Positions 34,876 through 44,732 of a stretch of 64,000 nt of DNA are shown piece by piece (the first letter of the stretch is position 1; each line of letters opens with the position of its first letter). Made by a program: the position numbers and the translations under genes. The notes under the pieces were generated by a model. The model was not told the DNA's origin and searched no databases. It saw nothing but the letters and a program-made list of their open reading frames with translations. Origin of the DNA: a virus; IMG/VR virus record IMGVR_UViG_3300006735_000013, positions 32,001 to 96,000 of that record; one strand, written 5' to 3'.

Positions 34876-37058
34876 ATGTCCAGGCTATAAGAATACTCGT
34901 AACTAACTTTGACAAAATCGCCTGGCAGGGACATGAATGCGCCGGCTTGCTGTTCGCGCGGCAGACAAATCTCATCAATAATAGACATGAGATTGTCATA
35001 CATCTCATTTGCGCGCGGGGACAAATTGAAATTTTGGCCGCCGGAGGCGATAGCTAACTCATCCCAGCCATAGAAGGCTAATGCAAATGTGTACATCTTT
35101 GTGTTTGGGGCGGCCTGAAGGGCGGCGCCAAGATCATTTCTGTGGAACTCTGGATTCATGTATGATTGTTCATCTTCGTCTGTAAAAACGATAATAATCC
35201 TATCAGTATTTTGCCTCCAGTTTATAATAAAGGCGTCCTTCTCTGGTACTGAGGCTACGCCTCTCACCCAATCACGGTTGGCGAGGTCCACCTGAAGTGG
35301 GGCCAAGTTTCGCAAAGCAAGCATCACCGCGTCAATGTGCATCTCCAATCCACCGTCAAATGCGCCTGGGTCGAGAGCAACAAAGTCTGCGAAAAATTGC
35401 TGAAACGGTGAGATGTTTGACACCAAAGACAGCACTTCTAACTGGGAGGCTTCATTTTCAGGATTGGGTAGTCGAGTTGGCCCGATGATGACACCCCAAT
35501 GGATTGCATCTTCAGCTGCAAAATGCTGGCCGAACCGGGACAGTGCTTGAGTAACTGCCCGGATTTCACCGGTCATCGACCCGCTTGTGTCCAGAACTAA
35601 AAGAATATCAGTGTCTCTGGCTTCCTCGCCATAATCAATCTCTCCGTCGCAATCATCGTCTGCTCCATTACAAACCTCGTCTGTTGGTACCACCTCGCCT
35701 TCGCACACATCTTGAGTCCACCGGTCAGCATTGTCGGCTCCGCCCCAGCGGCCTTCTCGGCAACTTTGCTCTCCTGGTGTGCAGATACCTATATTTAGGG
35801 TGTCTCTTGGTCCAGTGTAGCAGGCCCTGGTGAGATCTTCGTCGATAGCGTCATCGCAGTCTTCATCAAAATTATTGCAAACTTCCACATCCAGTGGTCG
35901 GCCTAGGCCTGGGTGGCACTCGTCTCCTTCATCCAGTGGTAAGAATGCACACAGGGCCATACAGGGGCTCATGAATATAACATTACAGTCAATATCCTGG
36001 CACATGCAGGATTTAAAACCCTGGCCGCACAGCAATGGCTCCTCAGTGCAAGGAAAGAGGGCTCCGACTTGGTCGAGGGTGCACACACAGTTTATTCCCT
36101 CATCTGGAATACCATCGCAGTCGTTGTCCAGGCCGTCGCACTCCTCATCAGATGGGGCGCGGGCTGTACAGGATGCCCATTGGCCACCCAAACAAGTCTC
36201 CAGGCCGCGTTCGCAGGGTGTCTCACACTCTCTAATCAAACCTTCGTCAACTAATTCATCGCAATCGTTGTCAATGCCATCGCAATCTTCCGAAGGGACT
36301 TCTCCGCACTCATCACACGCATTTCTTTGTCCTTCATCAACCTCACCGTCGCAGTCATCATCAACAAAATTGCAAACGTCTTCGGATGGTTCGCGGTTGA
36401 CGCAGTCCACCAATTCTCCGTCGCGACAGATTCCAACTCCTGGTCCACATTCATCAACACAAGCTATGGGATCCTCATCAATCCTGTTATCACAATCGTC
36501 GTCTATGCCGTTGCATGTTTCAGGTTCGCAAAGCGCGCAGGGCCCATGAATAATTTGCCCTTTGTCGCAAAGCACTCTCTGGCGGCCTGTTCGGCCATCG
36601 TCCAACTGGCACTCGAACCAGCGCAAAAAATCCCGCGAGGATCCGGGTGGGCATTCATGCGCAACCTCACAAGGACTCTGGTGTATAATTTGAGGAGGAG
36701 GGCACTCTGGGTCTTCACCAAACTCACAATCATCGCCATTCTCATTGCAGGTCTCTATTGTAACTCTCATTGACTGAATAGTATTGTCTGGTCGTGGCGG
36801 ACAGAACCATTCCTGCACCTGACAGCATTGTGGATAGCACATGCAAAACTCTTCATGATCCTCAACTGTTACTTGGTTACAGCGATTTATAGCTGGTTCG
36901 GCGTCTCGGATGTCCGGCTGGGCATCAATGATCTTATAGTCAGGGGGAGCCTGGTCTTGTTCTATTTGTATGCCCAAAGCATCCAGTGCAGGCTGAGTGG
37001 GTACTTCATCTGAACAAGAAAAAATCATGACTGTGCATAGCGCTAGTAGCTTTTTCAA
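34866..37058 (-). CDS. lipoprotein with myxobacterial-type Cys/Asp repeats (E.C.G.D.DCDG..DE) and C-terminal VWA domain
   Basis: TTG start at 37058 (TTGA overlap with thyX stop, GGAG RBS), lipobox IFS|C, 6 repeats, MIDAS DTSGS. Confidence 0.85.
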   Translation of the reverse strand: MKKLLALCTVMIFSCSDEVPTQPALDALGIQIEQDQAPPDYKIIDAQPDIRDAEPAINRCNQVTVEDHEEFCMCYPQCCQVQEWFCPPRPDNTIQSMRVTIETCNENGDDCEFGEDPECPPPQIIHQSPCEVAHECPPGSSRDFLRWFECQLDDGRTGRQRVLCDKGQIIHGPCALCEPETCNGIDDDCDNRIDEDPIACVDECGPGVGICRDGELVDCVNREPSEDVCNFVDDDCDGEVDEGQRNACDECGEVPSEDCDGIDNDCDELVDEGLIRECETPCERGLETCLGGQWASCTARAPSDEECDGLDNDCDGIPDEGINCVCTLDQVGALFPCTEEPLLCGQGFKSCMCQDIDCNVIFMSPCMALCAFLPLDEGDECHPGLGRPLDVEVCNNFDEDCDDAIDEDLTRACYTGPRDTLNIGICTPGEQSCREGRWGGADNADRWTQDVCEGEVVPTDEVCNGADDDCDGEIDYGEEARDTDILLVLDTSGSMTGEIRAVTQALSRFGQHFAAEDAIHWGVIIGPTRLPNPENEASQLEVLSLVSNISPFQQFFADFVALDPGAFDGGLEMHIDAVMLALRNLAPLQVDLANRDWVRGVASVPEKDAFIINWRQNTDRIIIVFTDEDEQSYMNPEFHRNDLGAALQAAPNTKMYTFALAFYGWDELAIASGGQNFNLSPRANEMYDNLMSIIDEICLPREQQAGAFMSLPGDFVKVSYEYSYSLDICI

Positions 37059-37780
37059 CTTATTTCTCCAATTTCGATGTTGTGTTTTTGAATATATGAT
37101 CTCGTCGCTTCCGGAAAATACTGAAAGGCAACAGACAAACAGGCCTTTGCGACTTCCTGTATCTCCCATTGGGCTCCTTCGTGGAGACGTAAGTTGACGA
37201 ACTTTAGGAGATTGTGCAGATTTGTTGTCCCATAATACTCCGTATACAGATTCTGAGGGAGCACCCCTCTTGCCTGTTCCCTGCACACGCCTGAGTCTAC
37301 CAAAGTATTATAAAGAGCCAGACTCTTCTGATTGTGCGCTTTTACTGCATCTGAGGCATAATATGGAGTGATCGGGACAAGCGAGTGATATTCACCATTT
37401 AGATCGGGATTAACCATCTCGGAGGTGCTAGCCTGTCTGTTTGATCTATGCTGAGATCTAAACCCAGAGGGTTCATAGAATTTCATATCGACAGAAGTAT
37501 ATCTGCGACTAATTTCGTTATACGACCAAGTACGATGACGATGATGCTGACTCCTAATAAACAGAGGAACAGTAAAGCGCAATGTGATGGCACAATGCTC
37601 AAATGGGCTAGTGTGGTTGTGCTGCATGAGGTAGTTAATAAGTTTCTTATCTTTTTCATCTACTTCCTTTTTCTCGACCCCAAAGCTTACACGGGCGGCG
37701 TTGACGATACTTAAATCGTTTCCCATGTGCGAGATGTATTCTACCGAACCTACACCGTCGTCGAAGAGGTCATACTTCAT
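37055..37780 (-). CDS. thyX: flavin-dependent thymidylate synthase
   Basis: AARVS, H.SPFEH, RHR.WSYNEISRRY, AR.VLP, AQWEI. Confidence 0.95.
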   Translation of the reverse strand: MKYDLFDDGVGSVEYISHMGNDLSIVNAARVSFGVEKKEVDEKDKKLINYLMQHNHTSPFEHCAITLRFTVPLFIRSQHHRHRTWSYNEISRRYTSVDMKFYEPSGFRSQHRSNRQASTSEMVNPDLNGEYHSLVPITPYYASDAVKAHNQKSLALYNTLVDSGVCREQARGVLPQNLYTEYYGTTNLHNLLKFVNLRLHEGAQWEIQEVAKACLSVAFQYFPEATRSYIQKHNIEIGEIS

Positions 37781-38096
37781 TTATCCCTCGCAAAATACCT
37801 ACAACATAATTCTCAAGCACAGTATAGTATGACTTGTTCTTTACGGTGATCTCCTCTACCATGGAGCGCTCAATGACGATTGTCCTACTCTTGGCTCCGG
37901 AGCCTCTAAGTTCTCTCAAGGTAGGGGAACAGTCTGATGCAATGTCCAAAACAGTTGCGGTAATATACCGGTCCTCATCTGGCTTGTAGTCATCTGGCAG
38001 GAGAACTCCGGTTGTAGATTCAGACGATGAGGGGTGAGGAACAATTGTTATGTGACGATTTACTGGTTTCAATACTGGGGCCATATGCTTAGACAT
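37770..38096 (-). CDS. groES: GroES-like co-chaperonin
   Basis: LKPVNRHITI, TTGVLLPD mobile loop, ENYVVGI. Confidence 0.7.
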   Translation of the reverse strand: MSKHMAPVLKPVNRHITIVPHPSSSESTTGVLLPDDYKPDEDRYITATVLDIASDCSPTLRELRGSGAKSRTIVIERSMVEEITVKNKSYYTVLENYVVGILRGINEV

Positions 38097-38361
38097 AACT
38101 AATAGACCTCACTGTTCTTTTCAGTTTATTGAAATATTCGGTAAGTTGTTCCATGTCTGTGTCAGACTTCACCAGCCTATATGCTTTTACGGCTAGACGC
38201 ATCTCTTCTTTTGAGAGGCGCCCGCTTTCATTATAAGACTCTCGGAGATCTCTACGTTGCTCCTTGAAGGGTTCCATGGCGTCCTCAATTGCTGCGAATT
38301 CTTTTACAAAATTCGAAAGGTGCTCTTCTGTCGTTAGTAGTTTGTCATCATTAGAACTCAT
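38089..38361 (-). CDS. small dsDNA-binding protein (DsbA/GapR-like)
   Basis: helical L..FV.E...IE...KE...DL pattern. Confidence 0.55.
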   Translation of the reverse strand: MSSNDDKLLTTEEHLSNFVKEFAAIEDAMEPFKEQRRDLRESYNESGRLSKEEMRLAVKAYRLVKSDTDMEQLTEYFNKLKRTVRSISYV

Positions 38362-38429
38362 ATTTTCTCCTTCTTATGTCAAGTTCGTGCTATAACAATA
38401 GCTTATTTTATCACATTTGTCAATCATTT

Positions 38430-40292
38430 TTAGACAAATTTTATTTCGCAGGCGCCTCCGGCACAGGCGGCTTCGCTTTTGAGGTCTGTGTTATCCTCTT
38501 CTTCGTTGATTTGTGTGAGGTCAATACTTGTTAGGGACCCCATCAAGACCTCATATGTCTCCTTTGAACAATCTTCAAAGGGGGCCTGTTTGTAGGTATG
38601 GTCAGAAAACGGTAAAACCGACAAGCCGTTATAGCTACTGCGGTTTTCCCACATCCACTCACCAACATCCACCCACTCAGCATCTTTGATTGAAATAGTG
38701 GCAGAGATGTTGTGGGTGTTCTGGCCTTTTCGGAAGCCTGGACGTACCCACTCATCGGTCACATTCTTTACTCTTTTCAAAAGTTGCAGGGCGGATTCTA
38801 CTCTTAGGATAGACCCTTCTGGTGCCTTCTGTGGAATGGAAATGACAGCGGTGGTGTGAGGGCTAAAGTACTCATCTTCAACTAGTTCTGGGTGATTTTG
38901 TGCTAGATAGGAATAGATCGGCTCGTTCTTGCCCACGCGTAGGCGGCGGATATAGAAATCATTATGCCAGGCGTGTATACCTGAACTAGTGCCAAGAGTC
39001 AGTGATGTAGTGCCTGCAGGCTTTACACATGTTGTCCTGGCTGCAGGCTTAACATCAATCATTTCTGCTACTCTGGCGTTCTCTTCTTTTACGCAATTCG
39101 CAGCCTCTTTCATATCCAGCTTCAATACAGCACCGGAAGCGATACCAGTCATAGACACGCCGATGAGAGCATCTCTTTCGGTAGTCCTACGCCAGACATC
39201 ACGTAGGTAGTGAAAGTCCGTGTAACTGGCCTGTAACGTGCCAATGAAGGATGCTGCTCGCACCCTATCGTTTAGGTCCTCTTGTGTTTCTACATTTGAT
39301 ACATTTACTTCTGTCAGATTGCAAAACTGATATGGTCTGAGTCCTATTTCGCAACATGGATTGGTTCCCCAATCCTTATCGTTAGAGAAATAAAAGCCAG
39401 GCTCTCCTGCGCCTGAAGCCTTTACTCTATCCCAAAGATTCATGAAATATTCTTTGTCAATCTTATGTCGCAATAAGACCACAGAGTTGTTTGCGCGGCC
39501 GCGCTGAGGATTAGTTTCCCACCAGTTGCCGGTCTTGGCAGCAATCATATCCTCATCATCTGCTGAGAATAGAGAGATGAGAGCAGCCCTACGGATACCG
39601 CCTGCCAGCACAGCGTCAGCTATATGACAGATCATATCGTGTACTTCGATTGGCGTTAGTTTATCTCCATTTTCCTTCTGCGAGAGCATTCCCTCTAGTT
39701 TGACCAGGCACTCGCGAAGCGGTTGTGGTCCTGGGGCTTTACCTCCGGAAGTAATGAGAGCGGCGCCTTTCGGGCGTATATCTGAGTAATCAAAGCGCAG
39801 GCGTGAGCCTCCACTGAAGTATGAGCGGGCCAGTGCCTTGACCGCATCGGCCCACCCTTCTATGGAATCGTTGACTAGGAATCTACGTGTCCTCTTAGGG
39901 TTTGGCTTAGTGATCTCGGGCAACTTTTCTACGTGGTGTTTCTGTACTGAATAACCGACTCCGGTTCCGCCAAGAAGTAAAAACATAGATTCACCGAAGC
40001 ACCTCCAATCATCTGCCGGCATAAACGCACAATTGAAAATGCGATTCGGCGCGACCTCAATTGGCTTGCCACCAAACTGCATAGATCTCATAGATGGAAG
40101 AACCTTCTTATCATATACCAGCTTGTATGCTTTTCTTATCTGCAGCTCAAGTTCAGGAAATTTTTTAAGGTGCATGGCCATGTTTCGTGTGACTAGTTCG
40201 TCCCATGTCTCTCTACGTTGCTTATCTTCTAAGTAACGTGCATACTTCATGTGTACTGTTATTTCTGATAAGATTTGATTTGATAATTCCAT
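38430..40292 (-). CDS. nrdJ: class II (B12-dependent) ribonucleotide reductase
   Basis: RRETW, PSMR, FNC, GTNPCCEI, CNLTE, TCVKPAGT, C-terminal ACAGGAC. Confidence 0.93.
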   Translation of the reverse strand: MELSNQILSEITVHMKYARYLEDKQRRETWDELVTRNMAMHLKKFPELELQIRKAYKLVYDKKVLPSMRSMQFGGKPIEVAPNRIFNCAFMPADDWRCFGESMFLLLGGTGVGYSVQKHHVEKLPEITKPNPKRTRRFLVNDSIEGWADAVKALARSYFSGGSRLRFDYSDIRPKGAALITSGGKAPGPQPLRECLVKLEGMLSQKENGDKLTPIEVHDMICHIADAVLAGGIRRAALISLFSADDEDMIAAKTGNWWETNPQRGRANNSVVLLRHKIDKEYFMNLWDRVKASGAGEPGFYFSNDKDWGTNPCCEIGLRPYQFCNLTEVNVSNVETQEDLNDRVRAASFIGTLQASYTDFHYLRDVWRRTTERDALIGVSMTGIASGAVLKLDMKEAANCVKEENARVAEMIDVKPAARTTCVKPAGTTSLTLGTSSGIHAWHNDFYIRRLRVGKNEPIYSYLAQNHPELVEDEYFSPHTTAVISIPQKAPEGSILRVESALQLLKRVKNVTDEWVRPGFRKGQNTHNISATISIKDAEWVDVGEWMWENRSSYNGLSVLPFSDHTYKQAPFEDCSKETYEVLMGSLTSIDLTQINEEEDNTDLKSEAACAGGACEIKFV

Positions 40293-40293
40293 T

Positions 40294-41673
40294 CTAGTTT
40301 TCTCCTTTTTGCTCCTTCTTGAAGCTGGCATACTTCTGTTTCAAATTCTCTAGTCTTGCTGCGGAGGACTTCTCAATAATCTCACCGACTGATTCGTTCG
40401 ACTTTGGCAGTACTTTTATCTTTACGTTACTAGTATCCATGAAAATTGGATACACTAATCCATCGGGCCCGTTTCTGTTTTTCGCAACAAAAATACGACC
40501 TTGGTTGTTGTTTTTGTCCTCGATGGTCCGAGAAACAGTAAAAATAAAATCTGCGACAAAGCACTTATTGAATGCTTCGGATATAGACTCCATAGTAATC
40601 ACCTCAGCATTCAGGCCTGACCTGTTTGTCTGAGATGCTGTCCATACCGGGCACTCGGCTTGCTGGGCCAATCCTCGCAGCTCTTCGTAAATAGTCTCTA
40701 GCTGGTGTCTTTTCTCATCTCTCTTCGAAGATTCCGGTTTTATCAAGTCTCCATAATCAACAATGATCACATCTGGAACAAAATCGCGACGGCGCAATTT
40801 GTCAATATGGTTCTTGATTGTTTGGATGCTTGCTGAGCGCGTTGGATACTCCTTGACAATGAGCCTACCTGTCATATCCTTTATTTCATCATAAATCTTC
40901 TCTTTGAAGACTGCAAGGTTCTTTAGTTCAACACCTGTTATTGCGGAATCATATCGGCCGGCCACAATCGTATCTGCTAATTCCAAAGTGTAGTGGAGGA
41001 CGTTTAGACCCTCTTTTAGAGCTTGGGCGCCAAGGTGGACAAGTACCATAGATTTACCTGCACCAGTTGGGGCTACGACGACGCCCAGTTCCCCCTTACC
41101 TAGACCCCCTTTGGCAATTTCATCTATTTGTTGCCAGCCAGTAGTAACCGGGTTTCTTGACTTCTTTAGGAATCTTTTCTCAAAATCTGCGAGGTACTCA
41201 TATCCAAATGAGTTGTCCGAACCCAATTTGAGTGCTCCATCGATAACTTTTGATACTTCATCAAAAGAAGAAGACTTGATAAGATCAACAGACTTAATAA
41301 GCGCTTCCTTAAGCTTCTGCTTTTTGCAGAAGTCAAGTGCCGTGTCTTTGATATATTCTGCAGACTGAGGAATCTCCCCCTTAGCCAAGACACGGGCGTA
41401 ATATTCTCGTATTCTGACTTTGACTGATTCTGGCTCGCCATCCAAACCTGTTCGTATGATGGAATGCATAATATTAGATGTGGGGTGGACTCCATATTTT
41501 TTTCTGTATTCCTTTATTTTACTGATAAATACCCTAAGATGCTTAAGTTCTAGGAAGCTCAAGTCTAGTACCTCAAACATCTGGTCGGCAAATGGCCTAT
41601 CGTTCAAGACCAAGTGGCACATGTCTTCTTGAAAAGACTTTCCAAATTTTGAAAAACTTACTTGCTGATCCAT
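40294..41673 (-). CDS. DnaB/gp41-like replicative helicase
   Basis: APTGAGKS, YTLE, IIVDY, WTASQTNR, KNRNG. Confidence 0.93.
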   Translation of the reverse strand: MDQQVSFSKFGKSFQEDMCHLVLNDRPFADQMFEVLDLSFLELKHLRVFISKIKEYRKKYGVHPTSNIMHSIIRTGLDGEPESVKVRIREYYARVLAKGEIPQSAEYIKDTALDFCKKQKLKEALIKSVDLIKSSSFDEVSKVIDGALKLGSDNSFGYEYLADFEKRFLKKSRNPVTTGWQQIDEIAKGGLGKGELGVVVAPTGAGKSMVLVHLGAQALKEGLNVLHYTLELADTIVAGRYDSAITGVELKNLAVFKEKIYDEIKDMTGRLIVKEYPTRSASIQTIKNHIDKLRRRDFVPDVIIVDYGDLIKPESSKRDEKRHQLETIYEELRGLAQQAECPVWTASQTNRSGLNAEVITMESISEAFNKCFVADFIFTVSRTIEDKNNNQGRIFVAKNRNGPDGLVYPIFMDTSNVKIKVLPKSNESVGEIIEKSSAARLENLKQKYASFKKEQKGEN

Positions 41674-41718
41674 GTTATCTCTTTATTGTGTTATTTATGT
41701 AGTACAGTATATCAGGTT

Positions 41719-42681
41719 TTATTCTGAAAAGGAAGTTATAATGTCATTAAACTTCTGTTCTAAATCCTGCATATTGACAGTGAGGACCCCATCCTTGATC
41801 ATCAGTTTTCTCATCTCTGTCTGGTTGTAGTGGGGCGAGAAGCCCTCAAACGTTTCATCAATCCTGGTCTTGCATTGTGGGGACATCTGAGGCGAAGAAA
41901 GTTGCATAATATTGTAATTCTCTTCTATCAAGCATTCTCCGTCTGAGACAGATCTGTAGACTTTCTGCCTGTTCTCCTCTTTCGAACATTCGTGTAAAAT
42001 GTCACTGATGAAATAGTCCCTATCTTCTGAAAGGAATGAAAACCTTTTTGCAATCGTACCTAAGCCAACGCGGGGTATGCCCGGTAGATTATCACTAGGG
42101 TCGCCGGCCATGGCCCTCGCAAGTGCAAAGTTTCTAGGGTGAATCCCGAACTTATCGATGACAGAATTCGTGTTCAGAATCTCCTTCTGAATCGGGCGGA
42201 AGAGTAAGGTCTTCTCGTCCAAGAGTTGAATAAAATCCTTGTCCGCGGAGACTATCACCTTCTGCCACTCCATGAAGGTGGATGTGGACTTGATATAGGA
42301 AATGACATCGTCGGCCTCCACTTCTGGTTCCATGAATTGGACAATTGGTGTTTGATTCAAATACTCAATAACTCTTAGCTGTTGCCACAGTCTGTTATTG
42401 TCTGTGTCCTGCGGTGTAAGTTCATCCGTCGACCAATTGACTCTCAGTGGCTTGCGGCCGGCTTTATAATTCTTGTTCATTGATCTTCGTTTGCGGGAAC
42501 CACCTTTACCATCCCAAACAACTGCAATCATATCAGGTTTGATCTCTCTCGTAATCTTGTTTAGAATGTTAATAAACGTGCGCATACCACCAATAGGGTG
42601 TCCATTGGGGTTCTTGCTAGGGTCTACGATATATCCTCTAATAAATTGATTGGATGCATCTACGATCATCAGTCTCTTCAT
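41719..42681 (-). CDS. 5'-3' exonuclease / RNase H (T4 rnh/FEN-like)
   Basis: IVDAS, WDG, YKAGR, EADD, SADKDF, GDPSDN.PG. Confidence 0.92.
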   Translation of the reverse strand: MKRLMIVDASNQFIRGYIVDPSKNPNGHPIGGMRTFINILNKITREIKPDMIAVVWDGKGGSRKRRSMNKNYKAGRKPLRVNWSTDELTPQDTDNNRLWQQLRVIEYLNQTPIVQFMEPEVEADDVISYIKSTSTFMEWQKVIVSADKDFIQLLDEKTLLFRPIQKEILNTNSVIDKFGIHPRNFALARAMAGDPSDNLPGIPRVGLGTIAKRFSFLSEDRDYFISDILHECSKEENRQKVYRSVSDGECLIEENYNIMQLSSPQMSPQCKTRIDETFEGFSPHYNQTEMRKLMIKDGVLTVNMQDLEQKFNDIITSFSE

Positions 42682-42695
42682 CTTACTCTCCAAAT

Positions 42696-42722
42696 AAAAA
42701 GCCCGGCTTAGAGCCGGGCTTT
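42696..42722 (-). terminator. rho-independent terminator after recA
   Basis: AAAGCCCGGC/GCCGGGCTTT stem followed by a T-run. Confidence 0.75.
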
Positions 42723-42728
42723 GGTAGT

Positions 42729-43853
42729 TTAGGATTCCTCCGGAGTCTCCTCCGTATCATAGAAATCCTGTGCATTGCCTTCTCTATTCTTGAACTTCAT
42801 AATAACATCATCGTCCATGATTGTCAAGACACTTTCTCTGAAATCGTCCTTAGCTAACTTAGATGTCCAGGTCTTTCTCTGGAACTTTTCTTCCGAGCCA
42901 TCGTTCTTGACAAGAGTGAACCATGCTCCAGATTGTTTAAGTCGGTGCGATACTTGGATAGCATCAAACCAACTCTCCTCGTCCTGCACGCCAATAGACT
43001 CATCGCCCCAAAGAATTTTGAAGTTGCAGTGGCGGCCAGCAGTACCAAAACGAGATTTTTCAAGTTTCGCCTTGACTTCTGAGCCTATTCTGAACCCGTT
43101 ATCGTCTTGTACGAAAGAGGCCTTCGCTTTTCGTCCAGTGAGCCAAATACGCAGAGAATAAGCATAGTGCATTGCTTTTCCACCTGGAGTCACATAAGGA
43201 GTGGTCATTGCCTCAGATGGAGAGCGCGTAATATTCGTCTTTAGTTGATTGAGTACTAAGAATGTTGCCTTGTTATTGGCAATTGGTACTGTTAGCTTCG
43301 ACATACCCTTGGACAAGATCCTTGGCTTTACCGCCATCGATGATTGAGGGTTGAAATCTCCCTCAACATCTGAGATAGACGGGGTTAAAGCCAAAGAATC
43401 CCATATGAACAGCCACCTGTTCCCTGTTCCTAGCAACTCTTCAATAGTTTCCAAAACAAACTCTACTGATTCCGCTTGAACGTACATTAAGCGTTCTAGG
43501 TCGCAGCCGGCTCTCTCAAGGAAGCTTGGGTCAAGGGCCGACTCAGAATCGAAATAAACTACGTCAATACCCATTTTTTGAGCATTGCCGGCCACCTGCG
43601 CGGCCATGAAAGATTTGCCTGTTGCTTCCAGGCCGGCGATCTCTGAGATTTTGCCGACTGGAATACCTGCAAGCTTTCCCTTGCAGATAATTGAGTCCAG
43701 CCACCTGGAACCTGTTGGGATCCATTCGTTAACCTCCGTTGGGTTACTGTCTTGCAGGGAATGGGCTACCTCCCTGCCGGCCTTCTTGTTTATAATCCCT
43801 CTGATCGCGGATATATCCAAGGCTCCCTTTTTTAATTTTGTTACTTTGGGCAT
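42729..43853 (-). CDS. recA: RecA/UvsX recombinase
   Basis: IPTGS, GLEATGKS, FDSE, WDS, LNQ, TPGGKA. Confidence 0.93.
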   Translation of the reverse strand: MPKVTKLKKGALDISAIRGIINKKAGREVAHSLQDSNPTEVNEWIPTGSRWLDSIICKGKLAGIPVGKISEIAGLEATGKSFMAAQVAGNAQKMGIDVVYFDSESALDPSFLERAGCDLERLMYVQAESVEFVLETIEELLGTGNRWLFIWDSLALTPSISDVEGDFNPQSSMAVKPRILSKGMSKLTVPIANNKATFLVLNQLKTNITRSPSEAMTTPYVTPGGKAMHYAYSLRIWLTGRKAKASFVQDDNGFRIGSEVKAKLEKSRFGTAGRHCNFKILWGDESIGVQDEESWFDAIQVSHRLKQSGAWFTLVKNDGSEEKFQRKTWTSKLAKDDFRESVLTIMDDDVIMKFKNREGNAQDFYDTEETPEES

Positions 43854-43860
43854 GTTTATC

Positions 43861-44622
43861 CTATGAATTTAGAAGATCGTTAAAAGCTGCCTCGACAGCG
43901 TTAGATTCTCCACTGGTGTTTGTGTTATTGTTTCCATACCTTTCAACTTCTGGCTTACCGGTGTCTGCGCTAAGAAACTGGTCAAGTACGCTTTGGACCT
44001 CCTCTGTTGTCTTTCTATCAAAGAGGTCCTCAAAATTTGGAATTGTTTCGAGCAACTCCGCACAGCGGTCGTCGCCGCCTACAGCGTCATCACAGAGTAC
44101 CGTTTTACGAGGTCGAGGTCGAATGTCAGTCCGTGGGAAACTAGCTCCGGGTAACTTACCATACATCAGCTTTAGATCGTTGCCGCTTTCGGGATCCGTA
44201 ATATCTCCATAATCTGGGTCTAGAACGATCGTTAGTAGTTTCTCGTAAGCCATCTTGCCGTACCCCCACACTCGAATCCCTTCTTGCTCTTCGCCGCGTA
44301 CTAAGACAGGGGAAAAGAATCGCTGTTTTGCAAATAGATCCTTTGCCTGTTTCTTACTTTCTTCTGTTCCTTCGTTCCAAAGCTTATTTGCGAAGTTGCA
44401 AACTGGACAATCGTCCCCGAAGTTCCTCTTTGGACAAAGAAACCCTGATGTCCCTACATTGTAGTGGAAGTGTCTCTCTTTAAAGGGATCACCGTCTGAT
44501 GTTGATACGATTCGAATGTTGCTCTCTCCGTCATCAGGGCGCCAGAATAAATTCTTCTTTCCGTCTCCCTTGCCGTTTAGTTTATCGAGTTTAGCTTTCA
44601 TTGCGTCTAAATTGAGTGCCAT
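43861..44622 (-). CDS. single-stranded DNA-binding protein (T4 gp32-like)
   Basis: FWRP, IRI, H..., CP...CPVC Zn site, DITDP..G.D, acidic C-tail ending FNDLL. Confidence 0.82.
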   Translation of the reverse strand: MALNLDAMKAKLDKLNGKGDGKKNLFWRPDDGESNIRIVSTSDGDPFKERHFHYNVGTSGFLCPKRNFGDDCPVCNFANKLWNEGTEESKKQAKDLFAKQRFFSPVLVRGEEQEGIRVWGYGKMAYEKLLTIVLDPDYGDITDPESGNDLKLMYGKLPGASFPRTDIRPRPRKTVLCDDAVGGDDRCAELLETIPNFEDLFDRKTTEEVQSVLDQFLSADTGKPEVERYGNNNTNTSGESNAVEAAFNDLLNS

Positions 44623-44703
44623 GTTTAATTACCTCCTATGGTATATTGCTTTTTTGCACGTTTGGCTATAGCAGGTCGGCGAATATCCCGACCAACTGTT
44701 TAT

Positions 44704-44732
44704 ATATTATCAGGTTGTTTCTTCTGTGTCAA
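44704..44732 (-). promoter_or_regulatory. sigma70-type promoter for ssb-recA
   Basis: TTGACA-17nt-TAATAT; hairpin GGTCGG/CCGACC at 44674-44693 in the leader. Confidence 0.65.

Noticed and set aside
37059-37286. N-terminal 76 aa of the 806-aa ORF
   Set aside because: It overlaps thyX; the real start is the TTG at 37058 with an RBS and signal peptide.
29625-43853. Inteins or introns in dnaE, nrdJ, helicase or recA
   Set aside because: The ORFs are continuous and of normal length, with no C...HN intein ends or homing endonuclease motifs.
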